A stretch of 64,000 nucleotides of DNA from Planctomycetota bacterium (lineage in GTDB: Bacteria; Planctomycetota; B15-G4; SIAN01). The translations under genes and the position numbers were made by a program. The stretch covers positions 96,001-160,000 of the forward strand of contig JANNXA010000051.1 in assembly GCA_031409275.1 (NCBI GenBank), written 5' to 3'. Below, piece by piece: positions 29,323-38,287 of this stretch (position 1 is the first letter of the stretch; each line of letters opens with the position of its first letter). Under the pieces are notes generated by a model. It did not search any database. It had not been told where the DNA came from and worked only from the letters and a program-made list of their open reading frames with translations.

Positions 29323-30660
29323 TCATCCACGCTCGGTGATCTCGACCATCCGCTCGAGCGCGCGGCGCGCGTCGGCGACCAGCGTCGCCCGCTCGTCCGC
29401 GCCGAGCCGCTCGCGCACGCCGGAGATCTCGTCGACCACATCGCCGGCGACGACGCGATTGGCGTCGGGAGCCTTGCCCTTGCGCAACAGATCGATCAGC
29501 GCGACGAGGTGCGGCGGATCGTTGCGCGCCATCGTCGCGCAGCCACAGCCCATCGAACGGAACGCGGGGTCGGGCACGTCCGCGAGGTGGACCACCTCGA
29601 CCCCCTTCGCCTGCGCCAACGCGCGCGCGTTGCGGACGAAGTGCCCCTCGGTCGCGATCGCGAGCTTGTCGCCGGGCTTCGCCTGCTCGACCGCCGCCCA
29701 GAGGTACTTGGTCGAACCGGCGCCATCGGCGGCCTGCACGACCGGCAGCGGACTCTCGGGATGGACCAGCACGCGGAAGCCGCGGGCGCGCCAGTATTCG
29801 ACGAGGTCGACGCGGAAGACCGTGTGAACGCCGCAGGAACTGCCCCAGCGGATCACGCGCGCGCGATCGAGCTGCTCGCGCTGCGACGGCGTCATGCGCG
29901 CCACCTTCTGGCGCGCCCCCTCTTCGCCGCCACCCCACTGGAACTGCAGTTCTGGCGCGATGCCGCACCACCAGCAGGTGACCTCGGCGAGGTTCTGGTC
30001 GGGCACGAAGAGGATCTTCTTCCCCTGCGCCAGCGCCCACTGCATCACCTTGCGCGCATTACCCGAGGTGCACACCGCTCCGCCGCTCGCACCCGCCAGC
30101 GCCTTCACGCGCCCCGACGTGTTCATGTAGGCGATCACCATGAGCGAGTCGCCGTAGCACGCGCGCAGCTCCTCGTAGGCAGGGCCGACGTGGTGCTCCT
30201 TCGCGAACATCTCGAGCGTGCAGCCCGCGCGCGGATTGGTGATGAAGACCTGCTGGTGCGGATGGGCCAGCGTGGCGATGGCGTCGGCCATGAAGTGGAC
30301 CGCCGACTCGACGATGAACTCCGCCTGCGTGTTCGCGCGCGCCTGCAGCGCGAGTTCGTAGCTGTCGGCGATGCGGCCGCCGTAACGCTCGACCAGCTTC
30401 ACGATCTCGCCGCCCATGTAGTAGTGGGCCAGCAGCAGCACGCGCGGACCGAACTCCTTCAGCGCCGGCCGCAGGTAGCCGTCCATCCACGGCAGCACCG
30501 ACTCGGGCGTGCGATCGGGCAGCGCGAGGTACTCCTGCGCATAGGGCTTGAACTCTTCCTGGTACCAGTCGAACGGCAGGTCGACCTGGCAGATCGGAAT
30601 GCCCGGCTCGATGCGGATGCCGCTGGAACGGTAGAGCTGCTCGACGGTGCGGGTGGACAT
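29323..30660 (-). CDS. nadA: Quinolinate synthase
   Basis: LAHYY, ADSYELA, VHFMA, AGCTLE, AYMNTS, CTSGNA, FVPDQNL, CGVH, VHPE, GST, CGCATM. Confidence 0.93.
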   Translation of the reverse strand: MSTRTVEQLYRSSGIRIEPGIPICQVDLPFDWYQEEFKPYAQEYLALPDRTPESVLPWMDGYLRPALKEFGPRVLLLAHYYMGGEIVKLVERYGGRIADSYELALQARANTQAEFIVESAVHFMADAIATLAHPHQQVFITNPRAGCTLEMFAKEHHVGPAYEELRACYGDSLMVIAYMNTSGRVKALAGASGGAVCTSGNARKVMQWALAQGKKILFVPDQNLAEVTCWWCGIAPELQFQWGGGEEGARQKVARMTPSQREQLDRARVIRWGSSCGVHTVFRVDLVEYWRARGFRVLVHPESPLPVVQAADGAGSTKYLWAAVEQAKPGDKLAIATEGHFVRNARALAQAKGVEVVHLADVPDPAFRSMGCGCATMARNDPPHLVALIDLLRKGKAPDANRVVAGDVVDEISGVRERLGADERATLVADARRALERMVEITERG

Positions 30661-30688
30661 GCCGCGCAGTTCTAGGGAAGCTCGCCGC

Positions 30689-31609
30689 ATGGACAAGCAT
30701 CGCGAGGCGGGCCGCGGCGGCGGCGGCGAGCGGATCGCGCTGGTCGAGTGCCCGCGCGACGCCTTCCAGGGCTATCGCCGGCCGATCCCGACCGAGCGCA
30801 AGGCAGCGCACCTGCGCACGCTGGTCGACGCTGGCTTCAAGGCCATCGACTTCGGTTCCTTCGTGTCCCCCAAAGCCGTTCCCCAGATGGCCGACAGCGA
30901 GCAGCTCTTCGCGGCCCTGGCCGCGACCGGCGCAACGGCCGACGTCGACTGGATCGGCATCGTCGCCAACGAGCGCGGCCTCGAGCGCCTGCTCGCGCTG
31001 CCTGGCGTCACGACCGCCGGCTACCCCTTCTCCTGTTCCGAGACGTTCCAGCAACGCAACACCGGCGCGTCGATCGCCGAGAGCTTCGCGCGCCTCGATG
31101 CGCTCGTTGCCGCGACGCGCAGCGCCGGCCGCCGCCTGAACGTCTACCTCTCGATGGCATTTGGCAATCCGTTCCACGATCCGTGGTCGCCGGCCGCCGT
31201 CGTGCGCCTGGCTGAGCAGCTGCAGCAGCGCGGAGTCGACTGCCTGCAGCTCGCCGACACCGTCGGGACCGCGACCCCCGCGAGCGTGCACGAACTCGTC
31301 GCCGCGGTGCGCGCCGTGTTCGTCGGTCGACGCTTCGGCGTCCACTTGCACGCGCGCGCCGACGACTTCGCCGCGAAGGTCGACGCCGCGCTCGCGGCGG
31401 GTTGCCGCTCCTTCGACGCCGCGCTCGGGGGCGCGGGCGGCTGCCCGTTCGCCGGCGACGATCTCGTCGGCAACCTGCCCACCGAAGCGCTGATCGCCCA
31501 CCTCGCGACCTGCGGCTTCGAGGTCGGCATCGCGCCGACTGCACTTGCGCGCGCCTCCGCCTCGGCAGCCGCACTGATCCACGACTTCTCGGGAGCGCCC
31601 GCGCCATGA
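30689..31609 (+). CDS. Hydroxymethylglutaryl-CoA lyase
   Basis: ECPRDAFQG, GSFVSPKAVPQMADS, LADTVG, GVHLH, GGCPFA...GNLPTE. Confidence 0.93.
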   Translation: MDKHREAGRGGGGERIALVECPRDAFQGYRRPIPTERKAAHLRTLVDAGFKAIDFGSFVSPKAVPQMADSEQLFAALAATGATADVDWIGIVANERGLERLLALPGVTTAGYPFSCSETFQQRNTGASIAESFARLDALVAATRSAGRRLNVYLSMAFGNPFHDPWSPAAVVRLAEQLQQRGVDCLQLADTVGTATPASVHELVAAVRAVFVGRRFGVHLHARADDFAAKVDAALAAGCRSFDAALGGAGGCPFAGDDLVGNLPTEALIAHLATCGFEVGIAPTALARASASAAALIHDFSGAPAP

Positions 31610-32397
31610 GCCCCACCCCGATCTCGGTCGAAACGCGCGGCGACGTGCGACTCCTGACGCTCGCGCGACCCGAAGCGAAGAACGCGCTCTCGGCCGAGCT
31701 CGTCGACGCGTTGCTCGGGGAGCTCGACGACGCCGCCGCCGATGAGAAGCTGCGTGGCCTGGTGATCACCGGGGCGGGCCCCGACTTCTGCGCCGGCGCC
31801 GACCTGAAGGCGCTGCAGCAGCTGGCGACGCGCACCTTCGAGGAGAACCGCGCCGACTCGCGCCACCTCGCGAGCCTCTTCGCGCGACTCCACCGCCATC
31901 CGTTGCCGATCGTGGCGGCGGTGCGTGGCCACGCGCTCGCCGGCGGATCGGGACTCGCCTGCGTGTGCGATCGGGTCGTCGCGGCGAGCGACGCGCGGTT
32001 CGGCTTCACCGAGGCGCGCATCGGCTTCGTCGCCGCCATCGTCGCGCGCTTCCTCGTCGAACGGGCCGGCCCGCGCGCCGCGCGCGAACTGCTGTTGAGC
32101 GGCCGCCGTTTCGAAGCGCTCGAAGCGCAGGCGCTCGGCATCGTCGATGAACTCGCGCCGGCCGCCGACGTCGTCGAGCGCGCCGTGGCGTGGCTCGCCT
32201 CCTTGCGCAGAAGCTCCCGCTCCTCGATCGCGGCGACCAGGCTGCTGCTGGCGGAGCTGCCCGGCCGTGGCGTCGATGCGGCGCTCGAGTGGGCGGCCGA
32301 CCTGAATGCGCGCACGCGCGCGACCGACGACTGTCGCGAAGGGGTCGCCTCCGTCCTCGAGAAGCGCGCGCCGCGCTGGTGGCCGCCCACCCCGTGA
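31606..32397 (+). CDS. Enoyl-CoA hydratase (methylglutaconyl-CoA hydratase-like)
   Basis: FCAGADL, GHALAGGSGL, FGFTEARIG; ATGA overlap with HMG-CoA lyase. Confidence 0.9.
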   Translation: MSPTPISVETRGDVRLLTLARPEAKNALSAELVDALLGELDDAAADEKLRGLVITGAGPDFCAGADLKALQQLATRTFEENRADSRHLASLFARLHRHPLPIVAAVRGHALAGGSGLACVCDRVVAASDARFGFTEARIGFVAAIVARFLVERAGPRAARELLLSGRRFEALEAQALGIVDELAPAADVVERAVAWLASLRRSSRSSIAATRLLLAELPGRGVDAALEWAADLNARTRATDDCREGVASVLEKRAPRWWPPTP

Positions 32398-33815
32398 ACC
32401 CGTCGCGAGCCCGCGTGCTGGTCGCCGGCACGCTGCTGGCCGGCGCCTGCACGGCGCTCGCGTGGCTGCCGTCGCTCGCTGCGCCAACCGGCGCGCGAGT
32501 CGCGGCGCTGGCCGCACTGGCGGCGGCGCCGTTCCTCGCGCTGGCGACCCTGGTCTCGCAGCGGAGCACGCGAGCGGCGACCACGGTCTCGCCGCTGCTG
32601 CTGATCGGCGGCGCGCTGCTGATGCGACTGCTGGTCGTCGCCGCGCCTCCTTGGCTCTCCGATGACCTGTGGCGCTACCTCTTCGAAGGACGCGTGCAAC
32701 GGGCCGGCTTCTCGCCGTACGTCCATGCGCCAGACGACCCCGCGCTCGCCGCGCTTCGCGATGACCTGCAGGCGCGCGTCGCCTACCGCGACATTCCGGC
32801 GGTCTATCCACCGGCGGCCCAGTTGCTGTTTCGCTGGCTGCCAGCGTCGCCGCTGGCGTGGAAGTGCTTCGTCGCGCTGCTCGACGTCGCGTTCATCGCG
32901 TGGATGGTGCGACGGCTGGCGCGCCACGGCGACGCCTCGCGGGTGCTCCTCTACGCGTGGAACCCCCTGGTGGTGATCGAGGGCGCGGCAAGCGGCCATC
33001 TCGACGCGGTGGCGTGGATCGCGACGCTGCTGGCCGTGCATGCCGCCGAACCGCTGGCGCGGCGCGCCGGCGCGCGCAGCCGCGAGCTGGCGATCGGCGC
33101 GGCCGCCGCGATCGCGGGAATGGTGAAGCCGCAGGGATTCGTGGCCGTGCTGGCACTGCTGCGACCTCGGCGCGACCTCGCGCTGATCGGCGCGGCTCTG
33201 ACGAGTCTCCTGTTGTGGCTGCCGTTCGCCGGCGATGGGCTCGCGCTGTTCGACGGCGTGCGCCGCTACGCGCACGACTGGGAGTTCAACGCGCTGTGCT
33301 ACCCATCGCTGGTGCGCGGCGCCGAAGCGCTGAAGGAGTGGCTCGAAGCGCTGCCGACGCAGCCGTTGTCGCTGTGGCGCGTGCGCGAACTCGGCTACGA
33401 GATCATCCCGAACCAGCTGGCGCGCAAGCTCGCCACCCTGCTGTTCCTGTTGCTGGTCGTGCTGCTGTTGCGTCGCTGGCGCGGACGTCCCGTGGCGCTC
33501 GCCTTCTTCGTCGTGACCGCGTTCGTCGCGACGACCCCGGTCGCCCATCCGTGGTACGTCGCCTGGCTCGCCGCCTTCCTGCCGTTCCTGCCCCCCACCT
33601 GCGGCCGCTTCGCCTTGCTGCTCACGACCACGACCCTGTTCGCGCATGTCGTGCCCGCCGAACGCCTCGCGACCGGCATGTGGCGTGAGCCGCCATGGGT
33701 CTCGCTCGTGACGTGGCTGCCGCCCTGCGCGCTGTTCGCCCTCGATTCATGGCGCGGCCACTTCCTCGCTGTTTCAGTGCAGCCGGCGTCGAAGGAGTCG
33801 ATCACTCGATCGTGA
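32394..33815 (+). CDS. GT87/GT-C family membrane glycosyltransferase
   Basis: LSDDLWRYLFEG...SPY, YPP, YAWNPLVVIE...GHLD, WEFN, HPWY; many TM helices. Confidence 0.8.
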   Translation: MNPSRARVLVAGTLLAGACTALAWLPSLAAPTGARVAALAALAAAPFLALATLVSQRSTRAATTVSPLLLIGGALLMRLLVVAAPPWLSDDLWRYLFEGRVQRAGFSPYVHAPDDPALAALRDDLQARVAYRDIPAVYPPAAQLLFRWLPASPLAWKCFVALLDVAFIAWMVRRLARHGDASRVLLYAWNPLVVIEGAASGHLDAVAWIATLLAVHAAEPLARRAGARSRELAIGAAAAIAGMVKPQGFVAVLALLRPRRDLALIGAALTSLLLWLPFAGDGLALFDGVRRYAHDWEFNALCYPSLVRGAEALKEWLEALPTQPLSLWRVRELGYEIIPNQLARKLATLLFLLLVVLLLRRWRGRPVALAFFVVTAFVATTPVAHPWYVAWLAAFLPFLPPTCGRFALLLTTTTLFAHVVPAERLATGMWREPPWVSLVTWLPPCALFALDSWRGHFLAVSVQPASKESITRS

Positions 33816-35682
33816 CGAGCACGGCGTTGGTGAAGCAGCCGGGCGCGCGGCGCCGCTTCGCGGCCGCCTGTACCAGGAACTCGAGGCCCGCCAAGGCCGG
33901 ATCGTCGGCAAGCGGCTGGATCAGCACGAAGTCCTCGCTCGGTGCCGGCAGCAGCGCGAACGGCACGAACGGGTCGATGCGCAGCTGGTAGCGGAGCGGC
34001 GGCAGCGTCAGCGAGACCTCGGGCGGCACGCCGAAGAAGGCCAGCACCATCTCGCCCGGCTCGACGAGGAACCGCAAGGCGACGTCGCTGCCGATCCTCG
34101 CGGTCGGCGAGGTCATCAGCGCCGGCGCTCGCGCGAAGGCGTCCGCTTGCGCGACGCTGCCGAACGACGTGGTCACGACGATCTCGAGGGGGCCCGGCGC
34201 ACCGGCCGGGACCTCGCAGGTCGCGGTGAAGTCATCGAGCACCACCAACGCGTCGACCGCGATCCCGCCGCAGGTCACCGACAGCGGCCCGGCCTGGAAG
34301 TGGCGGCCTCGCAACGTGACCGTCGTCGCAACATCGCGCCGCCCGCGGGATGGCGTCACGGAGTCGAGCCTGGGCGTTCGGTCGACGCGCCAGTTCGAAC
34401 TCACCGCGGCAACGCGCCCCGAGCGGGTGCCGTTGGCGCCGCTCATCGGCGCGCCGCTCGCGTAGTCGGCGGTGCCGCTTGCATCGAGGTCGCCGACCGC
34501 GGCGAGCGCCGAGCCGAAGCGCTCGCCGGCCGCGGCGCCGAGCGTCGCGAACAGCTCGCTGCCGTCGGCGCCGGAGCGCACGGTCACCTTGCCCGCCGCT
34601 GCGCCCGCGCCGTCGTGGCCCCACGCGCCGGCCGCGAACTCCTCGCGGCCATCGCCATCGACGTCGCCAAGCCCGGCTACCGCGGAACCGAGCAGGTCGC
34701 CGGCCGCGTCGCCGAAGAGGCTGAAGAGGCGCGTTCCGTCGATCGCGTGCAGAGTGATGCGCCCCGCGTTGACGCCGCCGCCGTCATTCCACGGCGCGCC
34801 GACGAGGAGCTCGCCGCGCCCATCGCCATCGAAGTCGGCGGTCGCGGAGAGCGCGTAGCCGAAACGATCGCCGGCCGCGTCGCCATCGATGCGAGCGATC
34901 TCGCGGCCGTCGCGACCGGAGCAGACGTAGATGCGACCGCGGTCGAGCCCGGAGCGATCGTGGCGATCGGCGGCGATGGCAAGCTCGACGGCGCCATCGC
35001 CGTCGACGTCGGGCAGTACCGCCAGTGCGGCCCCGAACCAGTCACCGGTCGCCTCGCCGATCCGGGTGTAGAGCGTGGCGCCACTCGCCGAGTTCACCAC
35101 GTTGACGCGCCCGCGATCGACCCCCTGGCCGCTCGCGCGCGGCGCGCCGATCGCCAGTTCGACGTGGCCGTCACCGTCGAGATCGCCCATCGACGCGACT
35201 GCCCAGCCGAAGCGCTCGCCCGCAACTCCCACCAGGGGCGCAAGCGCGTGGCCGTCGGCGCCGGAATAGAGCGCGACGCAGCCGCTGCGCGCGCCATTGC
35301 CACCGGTGTGCTCGGGCGCCCCGACGAAGTAGTCGCTGCGGCCATCGCCATCGACATCGCCGGCGCGACCGAGCGTGAAGCCGAACGCGTCGCCGGCGGC
35401 GGAGCCGCGCCAGGTTGCGAGCAGACCACCGTCGACGCCGGAGCAGAGGTAGGCGCTCCCGGCGTCCGGCGCCGCGGCGTCGTTGCGATAGGCGCCGATC
35501 AGCACGTCATCGTGGCCGTCGCCGTCGAAGTCACCGGCCGCTGCGACCGCGCTGCCCGACTCATCGAGCGGCGCCTCGCCCGCCCGCGTCCAGGCGATCT
35601 GCTGTGCCTTGAGCGGCGTGAGTGCGCCACCGGCGAACAGCAGCGCCCAGACCATGCGCTGCCGCGAGTTCGAGACGATCAT
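33802..35682 (-). CDS. Secreted FG-GAP (integrin-alpha-like) repeat protein with IPT/TIG domain
   Basis: Seven GDxDGDG...GAP-type repeats; PRLDSVTPSRG...VTLRGRHF IPT/TIG domain. Confidence 0.88.
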   Translation of the reverse strand: MIVSNSRQRMVWALLFAGGALTPLKAQQIAWTRAGEAPLDESGSAVAAAGDFDGDGHDDVLIGAYRNDAAAPDAGSAYLCSGVDGGLLATWRGSAAGDAFGFTLGRAGDVDGDGRSDYFVGAPEHTGGNGARSGCVALYSGADGHALAPLVGVAGERFGWAVASMGDLDGDGHVELAIGAPRASGQGVDRGRVNVVNSASGATLYTRIGEATGDWFGAALAVLPDVDGDGAVELAIAADRHDRSGLDRGRIYVCSGRDGREIARIDGDAAGDRFGYALSATADFDGDGRGELLVGAPWNDGGGVNAGRITLHAIDGTRLFSLFGDAAGDLLGSAVAGLGDVDGDGREEFAAGAWGHDGAGAAAGKVTVRSGADGSELFATLGAAAGERFGSALAAVGDLDASGTADYASGAPMSGANGTRSGRVAAVSSNWRVDRTPRLDSVTPSRGRRDVATTVTLRGRHFQAGPLSVTCGGIAVDALVVLDDFTATCEVPAGAPGPLEIVVTTSFGSVAQADAFARAPALMTSPTARIGSDVALRFLVEPGEMVLAFFGVPPEVSLTLPPLRYQLRIDPFVPFALLPAPSEDFVLIQPLADDPALAGLEFLVQAAAKRRRAPGCFTNAVLVTIE

Positions 35683-35864
35683 GAGCGTGGCTCTCCGGCC
35701 CGCTCCCCAGCGTCGCCATTCCCTTGCCGCCGGACTCTTCGGTCGCGTTCCATGGCTGCTGAAGCGACGGCGGACGGGAGTTCGTTTCCATCGCAACGAA
35801 GCGCGCGGCGGCCGGCACCGAGGCCAACCGCCGCGCGCGATCGATTCCTTGCGACTCGCTTCGA

Positions 35865-36869
35865 TCAGGAAGCGTTGATCGTGTCGAGCAGTTCCTTCAG
35901 GCGCGGGTTGATCTCGAGGCCGAGCTCGGAGACCTTCTTCGCGTACTTCTTCGCCACCTCGGAGTTCTTCAGGAACTGGAAGTTCCAGAAGGCCGCGTTG
36001 ACGTAGAGCTGCATCGCGATCTCCTTGTCCTTCATCGGCCCCAGCGCATCGAGATCGTCGATCTTCTTCGCCGCCGCCTTCAGCTCCTCTTCGCTGCCGA
36101 TCGAGCCGGTTTCGGCGAGGACGACCTGCTCGAGCAGCCCGTTCTCGTTCTTCGGATCGAGCTCGCGCGCCGCAGTCACGACGTCGGCAGCGATATCGCC
36201 AGCGTGCAGGAGCGCCTTCACCGCCTTCAGCTTGCGGCCGGCCTTGTTCTCGGCATCGAGCGTCAACGCGAGCCGCGCGATGACCGAGAACTTCGCGGCA
36301 GCGGGCGCGTCGCCGTCGAGAGCGGCGAGCTTCTCGATCGCCTCGTCGAGCAGCTTCTCCTTCTCGGCGCCGGTGGCCGCAGCGAACTTCGCCTCGAACG
36401 CCTTTGCGTCAGCGAGCGCCGCCTTGCCGCTGGTCCGCATCTCGGTGATGTGCGTGACGTACGGCGCTGCTCCGCCTTCGCGGTAGCCGGATCGGCCGAA
36501 GACCTCGCCTTCGGGCGTCATCAGCAGGACCGTCGGGTAGCCGCTGATCTTGTACTGCTTGGCGAGCTCCGCGTTGCGATCGGGGTTCGGGACCTTGGCC
36601 TTCGCCTCGTCGCCTTGCGGGTAGTCGAGCGCGACCAGCACGAACTGATCGCTGACGCCCTTCAGGAACTCCTCATGGGAGAAGACCTCTTCGTGCAGCT
36701 TGATGCACCAGCCACACCAATCGGAGCCGGTGAAGTCGACGAAGAGATCCTTGCCGGACTCCTTGGCGAGCTTGGCGGCCGCATCCCAGTCGGCAACCCA
36801 CGAGTCGGAACGATGCGTCGCCGGACTGGCGAACGCGGTAGCGGCGGTAAGGAAGAGGTGAGCGAGCAT
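35865..36869 (-). CDS. Exported thioredoxin-family protein with helical C-terminal extension
   Basis: Signal peptide; FTGSDWCGWC, LDYP, GYPTV. Confidence 0.88.
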   Translation of the reverse strand: MLAHLFLTAATAFASPATHRSDSWVADWDAAAKLAKESGKDLFVDFTGSDWCGWCIKLHEEVFSHEEFLKGVSDQFVLVALDYPQGDEAKAKVPNPDRNAELAKQYKISGYPTVLLMTPEGEVFGRSGYREGGAAPYVTHITEMRTSGKAALADAKAFEAKFAAATGAEKEKLLDEAIEKLAALDGDAPAAAKFSVIARLALTLDAENKAGRKLKAVKALLHAGDIAADVVTAARELDPKNENGLLEQVVLAETGSIGSEEELKAAAKKIDDLDALGPMKDKEIAMQLYVNAAFWNFQFLKNSEVAKKYAKKVSELGLEINPRLKELLDTINAS

Positions 36870-36992
36870 GTCCGAGGGACGTCCTTTCGTTCCAGAAGAA
36901 GCGCTTCCGCCATCGCTGGCGCTAGCCGACGACGACACGGAAGTGCGGGGTGCGGCAGCCCGCCGCACGAATCGATACGACGGGGCGAGAGC

Positions 36993-38213
36993 TTAGTGCC
37001 GGAGTTCGCCGCGCAGAACGTCGGCGAGTCGGACGTACTGCTCGCGCCGGTTGTAGAGCTGCGCCGAGATGCGCAGGAGGCGCTTCTGGGGCGTCGGCCA
37101 CAGCGGCAGCGGCACCTCGATCCGATGGTGGTCGAACAGGCGCACCTGCAGCGGATCGAGGCCCATCGGAGGCGCTCCCGGGCGCTCCTGATCGGGCAAC
37201 GGCACCGCGGCGAGCGATCCGACCATCGATTCGGGGCAGGGTGCCGGTATGCCGAGCGCCGCCAGAAGGAGCGCCCGCCCCTCCATCGCCAACGCATGGT
37301 TGCGGCGGCGGATCTCCGTGAAACCGCCCGGCACTAGCCCTTCGAGGAAGGCGATCGCTTGCGGGATCACCAGCCATGGAGTCGGATCGAAGGTGCCGGG
37401 CCAGTCGAATTCGAGCCGGAAGCGCGAGCGATCCCGCCGCTGCGAGTTGGCGCCGTGGCTGATGGCCAGCGGACGGATCCGCGCCTGCCGATCGCGGCGC
37501 ACATGCAGCAGCGCCGATCCCTTCGGGGTGCACATCCACTTGTGGCAGTTGCCGGTGTAGTAGGCGGCGCCAAGCGCATCGAGCGCGAGCGGCAGCTGAC
37601 CGGGTCCATGCGCGCCATCGACGAGCGTGTCGACGCCGCGCGCCGACAGTTCGGCGACGAGGCGCTCCATCGGGAAGATCACGCCGGTCGGACTGCTGAC
37701 ATGGTCGAGCAGCGCGAGGCGCGTGCGCGCAGTGACCTGCGCAACGACGCGCTCGACCACTTCGTCGGCACTTCCGATCGGGAACGGGACGCGCGCGACG
37801 ACCACCGTCGCGCCGTGCTGGCGCGCGACGAAGTCGAGCGCGTTGCGACTGGCGTTGTACTCCTGATCGGTGGTCAACAGCTCGTCGCCGGCAGCGAAGG
37901 TCAGGCTGCGCAGCACCGTGTTGACGCCCGCGGTCGCGTTGGCCACGAACGCAAGGTCCTCGCTCTGCGCGCCGACGAAGCGTGCCAGCGCTTCGCGCGC
38001 CGTGTCGAGATGCGTTTCGAGCTCGCGATGGAGGAAGCGGACCGGGCCCGCTTCGAGGCGGCGCTGCCATTGGTGCTGCGCGGCCAGGACGGCGTCGGGG
38101 CACGCACCAAAGGAGCCGTGGTTCAGGAAGTCGATGGCCGGATCGAGCGACCAGTGGCGGGACAGCTCGTTCACAGCAGCTCCAATCGCGGGCAGCGAAG
38201 ATAGAAACGCCAT
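36993..38213 (-). CDS. Class V PLP aminotransferase (isopenicillin N epimerase / C-S lyase-like)
   Basis: FLNHGSFGACP, NATAGVN, DHVSSPTG, VDGAHGPG, GNCHKW...PKG, RISAQLYN. Confidence 0.88.
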   Translation of the reverse strand: MAFLSSLPAIGAAVNELSRHWSLDPAIDFLNHGSFGACPDAVLAAQHQWQRRLEAGPVRFLHRELETHLDTAREALARFVGAQSEDLAFVANATAGVNTVLRSLTFAAGDELLTTDQEYNASRNALDFVARQHGATVVVARVPFPIGSADEVVERVVAQVTARTRLALLDHVSSPTGVIFPMERLVAELSARGVDTLVDGAHGPGQLPLALDALGAAYYTGNCHKWMCTPKGSALLHVRRDRQARIRPLAISHGANSQRRDRSRFRLEFDWPGTFDPTPWLVIPQAIAFLEGLVPGGFTEIRRRNHALAMEGRALLLAALGIPAPCPESMVGSLAAVPLPDQERPGAPPMGLDPLQVRLFDHHRIEVPLPLWPTPQKRLLRISAQLYNRREQYVRLADVLRGELRH

Positions 38214-38287
38214 CCCGGAATCGACCGGCGACGCGGGGGCGCGAGGCTAGCAACCCCGCGCGCGCCTGCCGCCACGAGGAGCCGACA

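Noticed and set aside
36993..38213. Selenocysteine lyase linked to the selenoprotein
   Set aside because: Motifs (LNHGSFG, GNCHKW) fit the isopenicillin N epimerase / C-S lyase branch rather than SufS/CsdB, and it is about 24 kb away.
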